Source: a virus. From it: 31,428 nt of DNA. The DNA lies in UHGV virus genome UHGV-0241329; one strand, 5' to 3'. A program made the position numbers and the translations under genes. Of this stretch, positions 12,879-21,182 are shown in pieces; the first letter of the stretch is position 1; each line of letters opens with the position of its first letter. The notes below the pieces were generated by a model. That model was not told the DNA's origin and made no database searches. It worked only from the letters and a program-made list of their open reading frames with translations.

Positions 12879-13103
12879 ATGAATGATCTTTATTTTAAAG
12901 TGCTGACACATGCTGAAAACGCGCTCGTTTGTGGCAAAAATATGCGAGAAATCTTATCAACCTGGCTTGATGGGACAACAAATGCGGAACACGATGAACG
13001 GGATGCTAATTTAGCTGGAGCGTTAATTACGTTACTTGATCCTGTCATCAAAGAGCTGGATGAAGCTATAAAAATACACGACCAGAGCTATACCGGAGAA
13101 TAA
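12879..13103 (+). CDS. Hypothetical small protein
   Basis: 74-aa ORF, first gene of the rightward operon leading to primase. Confidence 0.45.
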   Translation: MNDLYFKVLTHAENALVCGKNMREILSTWLDGTTNAEHDERDANLAGALITLLDPVIKELDEAIKIHDQSYTGE

Positions 13104-13106
13104 AAA

Positions 13107-13394
13107 ATGAAAAATAAATTTTCTGGCTTTATTGCCAGCGGTCAAACTCATTCAAAAATCAGCCTTGGGGATATTTTCAAAGACAGCTATGGCTATCGGG
13201 TAAAGATTATTTCGGTTGATGATCGTCGTGTCTCTTATTTGCGTGATGGTTATGATTTTGAATGTGTTATGCCGCGTCAGCAGTTCGAAAGAGATTTCAT
13301 TCTGGTAAAAAATTGCAAGACAGATAATCAGAGGCGTGCCGCAGGCTATATCCGTAAAATTCGGGCAATGTTAGTTGCCGGAGGTAACAAATGA
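13107..13394 (+). CDS. Hypothetical small protein
   Basis: 95-aa ORF; 3' end overlaps primase start (ATGA). Confidence 0.45.
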   Translation: MKNKFSGFIASGQTHSKISLGDIFKDSYGYRVKIISVDDRRVSYLRDGYDFECVMPRQQFERDFILVKNCKTDNQRRAAGYIRKIRAMLVAGGNK

Positions 13395-15211
13395 AACGTG
13401 CTCCGAACTTAAAATACCAACCGCGCGACAAAATGACGGAAGTCATCATTTTTGCTGGCAGTGATGCCTGGAGCCATGCAAAAGAATGGAATGAATGGGC
13501 AGGTAAGCATATTGCAGCAGATGATACACCACCAGTCATTCTGGGTACGGAACAACTGGAAAACCTGGATGATATGCAAATTATCGATGAAGGCCGTCAT
13601 TATGTGCGTGTTTATCGTGCCGGAAAGATTGCAGAGAAAAGTCTGACGAAGGTTGCGACATTACTTGCTATTGCAGGCGTAAAGGAAGCACGTTGTTACC
13701 GTAGCTTTGTTGATCGAGAGCCTGAAGACTGGACTCCGCGCCTTGTCGGCCTAAAAGCTGAAGCGGAGCATGGGGAAAGTCTGGTGATTGAACTGCCAGT
13801 GAAGAAGGCAGAGCGCAAAAATGACGAGCGTGCTTCATCTTTGGCGTTGAATCAGATGGGGGCCAGCCAGCGCGGTGAAGTTCTCCTTGCACATTACGGC
13901 GGTGAACTGGCAATCAATGCCGACTCTGACACCGTTCATCATTACAACGGCGTTGTATGGGAGCCGGTTCAGGATAAAGAGTTACAGCGTTCTATGGCGC
14001 AGATTTTCATTGATGCGGAGATCAGCTATTCGCAGAACGCTATTAAATCGGCGGTAGATACCATGAAGTTAAGTTTGCCTGTAATGGGGAATACAGCCCG
14101 TAACCTGATTGGATTCAGTAACGGGGTATTTGATACCAGAACTGGTAATTTTCGGGAGCATAACAAAAACGACTGGTTGTTAATTGCCAGTGAATTACCT
14201 TTCAGCCCACCAGCAGAGGGGGAAACGCTGGCAACACATGCGCCGAATTTCTGGAAGTGGTTGCGCCGTTCGGTGGCTGAGAATGACCGCAAGGCAGATC
14301 GCGTACTGGCGGCATTATTCATGGTGCTGGCGAACCGGTACGACTGGCAGTTATTCATTGAGGTAACAGGGCCGGGGGGAAGTGGTAAAAGTGTGATGGC
14401 GGAGATTTGCACCATGCTGGCGGGTAAGGCTAATACAGTATCAGCAAGCATGAAGGCGCTGGAAGATGCAAGGGAACGTGCGTTAGTGGTTGGCTTTTCG
14501 CTGATTATCATGCCGGATATGACCCGCTACGCTGGTGATGGGGCAGGGATTAAGGCCATTACAGGCGGTGACAAGGTGGCAATTGACCCGAAACACAAAG
14601 CCCCCTATTCAACGCGTATTCCGGCAGTAGTGCTGGCGGTTAACAATAACGCCATGTCATTCAGTGACCGCAGCGGGGGGATCTCACGTCGTCGGGTGAT
14701 ATTCAATTTTTCGGAAGTTGTACCGGAGAACGAACGCGATTCGATGCTGGCGGAAAAAATAGAAGGTGAGCTGGCGGTAGTGATTCGTCATCTGCTTACA
14801 AGGTTTGCTGATCAGGACGAAGCCAGACGCCTGTTATATGAGCAGCAGAAATCTGAAGAAGCACTGGCGATAAAGCGAGAGGGGGATTCGCTGGTGGACT
14901 TCTGCGGTTATCTCATGGCATCGGTAATGTGTGATGGCCTGTTAGTGGGTAATGCTGAAATTGTGCCATTCAGCCCACGCAGGTATCTCTATCATGCCTA
15001 TCTGGCTTATATGAGGGCACATGGGTTTGGTAAACCTGTAACACTGACGCGCTTCGGTAAAGATATGCCGGGGGCAATGGCGGAATATGGCAGGGAGTAT
15101 ATGAAACGGAAAACGAAGCACGGTTTGCGTTCAAACGTGACACTGACGGAGGAATCAGAAGACTGGATGCCATCATGTGTATCGGTCACTAATGACGATA
15201 GCAAAAATTAA
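13391..15211 (+). CDS. Primase-helicase replication protein (P4 alpha / PICI Pri-Rep-like)
   Basis: 606-aa ORF; Walker A EVTGPGGSGKS in C-terminal half; followed directly by iteron origin. Confidence 0.75.
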   Translation: MKRAPNLKYQPRDKMTEVIIFAGSDAWSHAKEWNEWAGKHIAADDTPPVILGTEQLENLDDMQIIDEGRHYVRVYRAGKIAEKSLTKVATLLAIAGVKEARCYRSFVDREPEDWTPRLVGLKAEAEHGESLVIELPVKKAERKNDERASSLALNQMGASQRGEVLLAHYGGELAINADSDTVHHYNGVVWEPVQDKELQRSMAQIFIDAEISYSQNAIKSAVDTMKLSLPVMGNTARNLIGFSNGVFDTRTGNFREHNKNDWLLIASELPFSPPAEGETLATHAPNFWKWLRRSVAENDRKADRVLAALFMVLANRYDWQLFIEVTGPGGSGKSVMAEICTMLAGKANTVSASMKALEDARERALVVGFSLIIMPDMTRYAGDGAGIKAITGGDKVAIDPKHKAPYSTRIPAVVLAVNNNAMSFSDRSGGISRRRVIFNFSEVVPENERDSMLAEKIEGELAVVIRHLLTRFADQDEARRLLYEQQKSEEALAIKREGDSLVDFCGYLMASVMCDGLLVGNAEIVPFSPRRYLYHAYLAYMRAHGFGKPVTLTRFGKDMPGAMAEYGREYMKRKTKHGLRSNVTLTEESEDWMPSCVSVTNDDSKN

Positions 15212-15220
15212 ACTTATGGA

Positions 15221-15455
15221 ATAACTGTTCACCACTGTTCACCCTGTCATAAATATCTTTTATATCAGTATATTATAGGGTGAACAGTTATTTATGAACT
15301 GTTCACCAAACTATTCACTGTTCACCTTTTTGATTGTTTATTGAGCTTCAAGGGTGAACAGTGGTGAACAGTTGGTGAATAGTTTTTGTGAAACTGTTCA
15401 CCCATTAACATTATGAATTAAAAGAGAAAATATCAAAAGGTGAACAGGTGAAGGG
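15221..15455. repeat. ori: Replication origin with iterons (TGTTCACC / GGTGAACA), at least 9 copies in both orientations
   Basis: CTGTTCACC at 15225 and 15235; GGTGAACAG at 15278, 15352, 15362, 15439; further copies at 15299, 15318, 15394; interspersed AT-rich stretches. Confidence 0.75.
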
Positions 15456-15498
15456 TTAAAACGCAAAAATTTTAATTTACTGCTGTGAGATAAAGCCT

Positions 15499-15744
15499 AT
15501 GACAGCGAAGCACACAAAAAAATCACAATCGCACGCCCTTGATTTGACGGAACACTGGTTAAGGGTGTCGATAAAAATCATCGACCGCAACGCCGGGGAA
15601 GGATACGCGAAAGCACATCCCGAACTGATTAGCGCATTCATGACAACGGCGGCTGCAAACTTTGCCACTCTGACCGAACGGGAGATTGCTGAAGCGGAGG
15701 AAGTGACAACAATCAATATTAAGTCCGGAGAGCAGGCAGCATGA
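15499..15744 (+). CDS. Hypothetical protein
   Basis: 81-aa ORF between ori and ssb; ATGA overlap with ssb. Confidence 0.45.
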   Translation: MTAKHTKKSQSHALDLTEHWLRVSIKIIDRNAGEGYAKAHPELISAFMTTAAANFATLTEREIAEAEEVTTINIKSGEQAA

Positions 15745-16190
15745 CGGCGCAAATATCAGTTTACGGGCGGTTGGTGGACGACCCGCAGACAAAACAGACC
15801 AGCAAGAGCACCCCCATGACGCTGGCACGTATGGCGGTATCACTGCCCTGCAGTCAGTCGGATGACGGTCAGGCGACGATGTGGTTATCTGTCCTGGCGT
15901 TTGGCAGACAAGCCGACGCGCTGGCAAAGCATCACAAAGGCGAACTCCTGAGCGTGGCGGGTAATATGCAGGTGAGCCAGTGGACTGGACAGAACGGTGA
16001 AACGCGGCAGGGCTGGCAGGTTATCGCAGACAGCGTAATCAGTGCGCGAACGGTGCGACCGGGCGGCAAAAAAGGTCAACAGGGTCAGGCTACTGACGCA
16101 CTGAACAGAGCAAAACAACAGGCAGATCAGCAAGGAAGCCATCCACCAGTGGGAGATAATGAGCAATGGGGAGATGATATTCCGTTTTAA
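15741..16190 (+). CDS. ssb: Single-stranded DNA-binding protein
   Basis: 149-aa ORF; Gly/Gln-rich linker and acidic C-terminal tail ...GDDIPF, typical of SSB. Confidence 0.8.
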   Translation: MTAQISVYGRLVDDPQTKQTSKSTPMTLARMAVSLPCSQSDDGQATMWLSVLAFGRQADALAKHHKGELLSVAGNMQVSQWTGQNGETRQGWQVIADSVISARTVRPGGKKGQQGQATDALNRAKQQADQQGSHPPVGDNEQWGDDIPF

Positions 16191-16402
16191 ATATTGCCAA
16201 TAAAAAAGGCCGGAAAAAAAATAAATTTTCCGGCATGCTACATAAATCCCGACCAAAGGGAGTGAAGATATTAACACTAATTATCCGCGCTGAAGTTGTT
16301 ATCCCAAAACTTTATACAACATTGCACTCGGTTGCATGTATTCGCATGATAAATATCGGTGATAGCATATATCCACAATTATTTTTAATGAATGCAAAGA
16401 GG

Positions 16403-17449
16403 ATGCGTATGGTTGATTTATATTCGCCTACCCAGCTTGTACAGGTGGTTAATGCTGTAGATGTACAAAAACAACTAAATGCGTTGTTTACCAGTTTGTT
16501 TTTTACTCGCTCGGTAATGTTTGAATCGCGCGATATTATTCTTGATACAATCGACGATCCAAATATCCCAATTGCAGCGTTTTGTTCTCCTATGGTGGGT
16601 AGTAAAGTTTCACGTGACGAAGGGTACGAATCAAAAACAATTCGTCCAGGCTATATGAAGCCGAAAAGCAGCATTGATCCAAATAAGTTAGCTGTGCGCC
16701 CTGCTGGTGTATCACCTGAGCAATACAATGCTTTTGGAGCGCGTAATATTAAAGTTAAACAGGCGATTGTAAATCAGGCTAAAGCTATTCGTGCACGTAT
16801 TGAATGGCTTGCCGTTCAGGCAATCACAACGGGGAAAAATATCATTGAGGGCGATGGTATTGAACGTTATGAGCTGGACTGGAATATTAAACCACAAAAT
16901 ATCATCACTCAGTCTGGCGGTGCTGAGTGGTCAGGTAAGGATAAAGAAACTTTTGATCCAAATGATGATATTGAGAGCTACGCAGAATTTAGTGAGGGCG
17001 TCACTAATATCATCATTATGGGCGGTAATGTATGGAAGAAATACCGTTCATTCAGAGCGATAAAAGAGGCTCTGGATACCCGTCGTGGTTCTAATTCCGA
17101 ACTGGAAACGGCCCTTAAAGACCTTGGTGATTCGGTGAGTTTTAAAGGGTATATGGGCGATGTTGCGATTGTTGTATACAGCGGGCGTTATACCGATGAG
17201 GACGGAACTGAAAAACATTTCCTTGATCCTGATTTGATGGTGCTTGGCAATACAGCTCTTCAGGGGATTGTCGCCTATGGCGGTATTCAGGATCCGGAGC
17301 TAATCCGAATGGGGCTGACTAAAGCCGAACTTGCACCGAAAAACTATATTGTGCCTGGTGATCCGGCTATTGAATATGTGCAGACACATTCAGCACCACA
17401 GCCAATACCGGCCCGCATCAATCGTTTTGTTACCGTTCGCATTGGCTAA
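16403..17449 (+). CDS. Major capsid protein, divergent homolog of lambda gpE, encoded by the element
   Basis: Aligns along its length with lambda gpE, e.g. ITQSGGAEWSGKDKETFDPNDDIESYA vs ITQSGGTEWSKRDKSTYDPTDDIEAYA, and LDTRRGSNSELETA identical; start uncertain among ATG 16388/16403/16409. Confidence 0.8.
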   Translation: MRMVDLYSPTQLVQVVNAVDVQKQLNALFTSLFFTRSVMFESRDIILDTIDDPNIPIAAFCSPMVGSKVSRDEGYESKTIRPGYMKPKSSIDPNKLAVRPAGVSPEQYNAFGARNIKVKQAIVNQAKAIRARIEWLAVQAITTGKNIIEGDGIERYELDWNIKPQNIITQSGGAEWSGKDKETFDPNDDIESYAEFSEGVTNIIIMGGNVWKKYRSFRAIKEALDTRRGSNSELETALKDLGDSVSFKGYMGDVAIVVYSGRYTDEDGTEKHFLDPDLMVLGNTALQGIVAYGGIQDPELIRMGLTKAELAPKNYIVPGDPAIEYVQTHSAPQPIPARINRFVTVRIG

Positions 17450-17458
17450 GGGGGAGCA

Positions 17459-17800
17459 ATGGCTACTCATTACACTGAACTCATGGCTGGCACTGAAGCA
17501 CTGGTGACTACGCTGGGGATATTTTCAGCTAATAAAGGGGTAATTCCTGCATTTACGCCACTGATGCAGGAAGATGCAACAGGTGCACTGGTGGTATGGG
17601 ATGGTTCGAGCGTAGGTAAAGCGGTTTATGTTTCCGCTGTACAAATCGACACCGCGAAAAAAACACAGGCTCAGGTCTATAAGACAGGTGTCTTAAATGT
17701 TGATGCTCTGAACTGGCCTGAGTCTGTAAAAGAACTGTCAGTAAAGATTGCAGCGTTTGTTGGCTCAGGTATTTCTGTTCAGCCGCTGGCTCGTGTGTAA
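17459..17800 (+). CDS. Head decoration protein, divergent homolog of lambda gpD
   Basis: 113 aa; LVVWDGSSVGKAVYVSAVQ...KTGVLNVDALNWPE...AAFVGSGISV parallels lambda gp[20 protein letters not shown]...[14 protein letters not shown]...[11 protein letters not shown]. Confidence 0.65.
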   Translation: MATHYTELMAGTEALVTTLGIFSANKGVIPAFTPLMQEDATGALVVWDGSSVGKAVYVSAVQIDTAKKTQAQVYKTGVLNVDALNWPESVKELSVKIAAFVGSGISVQPLARV

Positions 17801-17811
17801 AGGGGGATACA

Positions 17812-18195
17812 ATGCAGAATGATTACAATGACCTTAAGCCAATTGCCGAAATGATGTACCCGAATCCAGCTGTAGAGGAATTAAAAGCTATCGCTGACAA
17901 AATGTGTTTAAGCGAGCGCCTTGTTGATATGAATCAGGTGATGGAAATTACAACCCTGAGTCGGCGTACACTGCTAAACCTTGAGGCTAGTGGAGAGTTC
18001 CCGGAGCGTGTGCAGGTTACGGAAGGGCGTAAGGCCTGGTATTTAAGTGAAGTGATCGACTGGATAAATAATATTCCTCGCGCTTCTGAATATTGCCGCG
18101 TACCTGTCCCAAAAAAGCCAGATGCGGCGCTATGCCTCAAGATTGAGCGTGTACGCCGCAATGCACGGGATGGTCGCTATAAGCTGATTGGTTGA
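17812..18195 (+). CDS. HTH protein (AlpA-like DNA-binding segment) immediately upstream of element cos
   Basis: 127 aa; segment MNQVMEITTLSRRTLLNLEASGEFPERVQVTEGRKAWYLSEVIDWINN resembles AlpA/MerR-type HTH. Confidence 0.5.
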   Translation: MQNDYNDLKPIAEMMYPNPAVEELKAIADKMCLSERLVDMNQVMEITTLSRRTLLNLEASGEFPERVQVTEGRKAWYLSEVIDWINNIPRASEYCRVPVPKKPDAALCLKIERVRRNARDGRYKLIG

Positions 18196-18214
18196 TGAAA
18201 TTAGGGCCCGCTCT

Positions 18215-18425
18215 GGCTGGCGGGTCCTTTCTGGCGATCTGACAGGCTACGGGGCGTCAGGCGCGCAGATTCTTGCTATTTATGACAATTTTCTGCGATT
18301 TGCCGTTTCCGTTCTTCTTCCTCGTAACTTAGTGTTTTTATTAGAAATACCCTCTAAAAAGAAAGGAAATGACAGGTGCTGAAAACAGGCTTTTGGGTCT
18401 CCGTCATTTCCTTTCTCATTTTTAT
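18215..18425 (+). other. cos: Element cos site, homologous to prophage cos but with divergent cohesive-end sequence GGGCGTCAGGCG (18252..18263)
   Basis: Aligns with 2690..2900: cosQ-like GCGGGTCCTTTCTGGCGATCTGACAGGCTACG and cosB-like GTTTCCGTTCTTCTTC / AAAGAAAGGAAATGACAGGTGCTGAAA conserved; cohesive-end 12-mer differs at 5 of 12 positions. Confidence 0.8.
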
Positions 18426-18679
18426 CTAAAAGTAAGCATCGAGGCCACCCCAAATGCTTATAGAGGTTATTGTGTCACTATGCGTACTGTTCAGGATTTA
18501 AAGTAGCAAGACATCTAGTTGCTTGCAGTTTTGGCGAATGATGTGAGGTTCTGCTATAACAGATAATGTAACAAGTTACTGATATATTCTGTTATGGTTG
18601 ACTTTAAATTTTGTTGCTCCTTCAATGAATTATTGAGGGGTGAAAATTAGGCGTGATAAGAATCGATCACGCCTATTGT

Positions 18680-19996
18680 TTATCTTGAAGAAATTTTAGG
18701 CAGGCTTTTTAAAAATAAATCTTTATTTCTACTTGCATCAGTTAAAAGTGTTAGGAATATTTTATCTGTAGGAGTGCATGTGCTCTTGTTTAACAGTAAT
18801 TCACCAAGTTTCTGTAATCGAGAGAATTGCCCATCCTCTTGGATTCTGTGACGAAGTGTACTATCATTTTTAATAACATCAACAAATGCAGAAACCATGT
18901 TAATATCAAAGTGTTCAAACATTTCCAATATTAAAGGTGCAGCCCCATTTGAATAAAAATTCTTCCTTCCATACTGATAGCTGAAACCACGATGGCCAAC
19001 ATAAGTTTTTGTAATGGCTGAAACAAATTCAACAATATTATCTTCAGGGACGAAACTCGAGAATGGTAATAATTGGGTTACGATTTTTTCCTCTTCTGAC
19101 CAATTATCTAAAGACTCGGTGAGTTTATTAATGAGAGGCTCAATAATAACTTTTCGGGATGCAGGGCTAATATACATCAGTCCATCTACCAATAGTATGA
19201 ATTGTTGTGCCTTCTCTATCTTATTGTTGTTTCCTGAAACTAAATACTTGTCAAATTGTTGGCCGACTTTACGTCGGTCGTCTTTTGAAAGTAATGTCCA
19301 TAAAATAGGTGCGCAAAATTCAATGTTGTTTCTGAGTTCACTTGATATATTGGATGAGCAGTATGTGCCAAAAAAACGAGAGGATAATTCACTGATATAA
19401 ATTGCAGGTAGATCTGAAAAGGCTTGCTTAACTGCCAGGCTATTTTTATTAAATGTTGCCGAATCCATTTCTGAAAGATATGTAGATATATCTATGATGG
19501 CTGGTGGAAACTCTTTAGAAAGAACGTATTTATTACAATCATTAATCAGGTTCACTACTTTGATTAAATCAGGGTCGCTACTTTGTGGATGTCCACCAAA
19601 TAGATTCCTGGTTTCTCTAGCTTGTTGTAATAGTTTCTGACCTTCTCGATCGATAACTCCTATTTTAAATGCTCCATCTATTAAATCAAAGTCGCTCACA
19701 TAATCCTGAAAATCTTCATACGTTTTAATTTCTTTTTTTTGTTTACACTCTTTGTTGAATAGATCTAGGCTACGATGAATTATCTTTTGACGTAAATCAT
19801 CAACTACAGCATTCCAGTAAGCAGTGATGGCACTTCTATAACCTTTTACAGGAAGAACTCTTATTGCTTCTGAAATATATGGGCAGTCAACTACATCATG
19901 CCTCACAGTTGAGAGCGCAGTTTGTAACAATGTAACTTCTGTAGAGTCTAGTGGAGTTGGCTGCACTAAATGAGAACTTATCTCTGTACCCTTCAT
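18680..19996 (-). CDS. Hypothetical protein, AT-rich cargo gene at attR end
   Basis: 438-aa ORF on reverse strand, visibly AT-rich; no motif recognised; hairpin AGGCGTGAT-N8-ATCACGCCT at 18649..18674 just 3' of it. Confidence 0.55.
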   Translation of the reverse strand: MKGTEISSHLVQPTPLDSTEVTLLQTALSTVRHDVVDCPYISEAIRVLPVKGYRSAITAYWNAVVDDLRQKIIHRSLDLFNKECKQKKEIKTYEDFQDYVSDFDLIDGAFKIGVIDREGQKLLQQARETRNLFGGHPQSSDPDLIKVVNLINDCNKYVLSKEFPPAIIDISTYLSEMDSATFNKNSLAVKQAFSDLPAIYISELSSRFFGTYCSSNISSELRNNIEFCAPILWTLLSKDDRRKVGQQFDKYLVSGNNNKIEKAQQFILLVDGLMYISPASRKVIIEPLINKLTESLDNWSEEEKIVTQLLPFSSFVPEDNIVEFVSAITKTYVGHRGFSYQYGRKNFYSNGAAPLILEMFEHFDINMVSAFVDVIKNDSTLRHRIQEDGQFSRLQKLGELLLNKSTCTPTDKIFLTLLTDASRNKDLFLKSLPKISSR

Positions 19997-20350
19997 TTCA
20001 GGATTTTCCTATTCTTTTCCATTTTTCTACTCTATTGAATTTGAAAAAGATATCAAGTTCGTTCTTGCCAGTTTTAAGTGGAAAAATTGATGTTACCTTA
20101 TTGAGATAAGGCAGTTCTCTATAACCTATTGTTATTAATTATTTTTATTTTTTTTCCAATTCAGATGTTTAGGGCTAAGAAGTTAAGTGAGAGTTCACAG
20201 CAAAACTGCTTCTAGTTCCTCACCGAGGAGCAAAAGGTTAAGACAGCGTACTTTGTATTGCACAATGTATTGCAGAACCTTCTTTCGAAAGCTACAACAA
20301 TCAATTTTATATTGAAAATTCAATCATATCCTTTCGATATTGACTCATAT

Positions 20351-20360
20351 AGCCGAAGCA
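20351..20360. repeat. attR core, AGCCGAAGCA (right copy of 10-bp direct repeat)
   Basis: Identical to 9084..9093; lambda E homology resumes here. Confidence 0.8.
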
Positions 20361-21141
20361 TGAGGTGAATCCGCAGATGACCCTGCGTCGCCTGCCGGAT
20401 GAAGATCCGCAGAATCTGGCGGACCCGGCTTACCGCCGCCGTCGCATCATCCTGCAGAACATGCGTGACGAAGAGCTGGCCATTGCTCAGGTCGAAGAGA
20501 TGCAGGCAGTTTCTGCCGTGCTCAAGGGCAAATACACCATGACCGGTGAAGCCTTCGATCCGGTTGAGGTGGATATGGGCCGCAGTGCGGCGAACAACAT
20601 CACGCAGTCCGGCGGCACGGAGTGGAGCAAGCGTGACAAGTCCACGTATGACCCGACCGACGATATCGAAGCCTACGCGCTGAACGCCAGCGGCGTGGTG
20701 AATATCATCGTGTTTGATCCGAAAGGCTGGGCGCTGTTCCGTTCCTTCAAAGCCGTCAAGGAGAAGCTGGATACCCGTCGCGGCTCTAATTCCGAGCTGG
20801 AGACAGCGGTAAAAGACCTGGGCGAAGCGGTGTCCTATAAGGGGATGTATGGCGATACGGCGATCGTCGTGTATTCCGGACAGTACGTGGAAAACGACGT
20901 CAAAAAGAACTTCCTGCCGGACAACACGATGGTGCTGGGGAACACTCAGGCACGCGGTCTGCGCACCTATGGCTGCATTCAGGATGCGGACGCACAGCGC
21001 GAAGGTATTAACGCCTCTGCCCGCTACCCGAAAAACTGGGTGACCACCGGCGATCCGGCGCGTGAGTTCACCATGATTCAGTCAGCACCGCTGATGCTGC
21101 TGGCTGATCCTGATGCGTTCGTGTCCGTACAACTGGCGTAA
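20353..21141 (+). pseudogene. E: Major capsid protein E, 3' fragment (from codon about 80) lacking its native start
   Basis: PKHEVNPQMTLRRLPDEDPQNLADPAYRRRR...VSVQLA matches recalled lambda gpE C-terminal 260 aa; in-frame TAG at 20350..20352 immediately upstream. Confidence 0.9.
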
Positions 21142-21182
21142 TCATGGCCCTTCGGGGCCATTTTCTCTCTGTGGAGGAGTCC

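Larger units (their letters stand above)
9094..20350 (+). mobile_element. Integrative satellite-like element (PICI/P4-like; int-alpA-cargo-regulator-primase-ori-ssb-capsid-cos-cargo) inserted in phage gene E
   Basis: Bounded by split E gene and 10-bp direct repeat; contains tyrosine integrase, AlpA, primase-helicase, iteron ori, own cos site; mosaic GC content. Confidence 0.85.

Noticed and set aside
12386-12886. 166-aa plus-strand ORF spanning the RHH gene and operator region
   Set aside because: It is antisense to the RHH gene and crosses the divergent control region; its GC-rich tail looks non-coding.
15221-15455. Possible CRISPR array
   Set aside because: Repeats are 8-10 bp, in both orientations with irregular spacing and no spacer structure, which fits replication iterons. 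No cas genes are present.
16209-16234. Hairpin GCCGGAAAA-N8-TTTTCCGGC after ssb as a terminator
   Set aside because: The stem is largely A/T and no independent T-run follows; it could equally be a regulatory structure in front of the capsid gene.
16235-16402. Upstream extension of the element capsid ORF (404-aa version)
   Set aside because: The extension runs through an AT-rich promoter-like region. The alignment with gpE begins near MRMVDLY and a ribosome-binding site (AAGAGG) lies just before the 16403/16409 ATGs.
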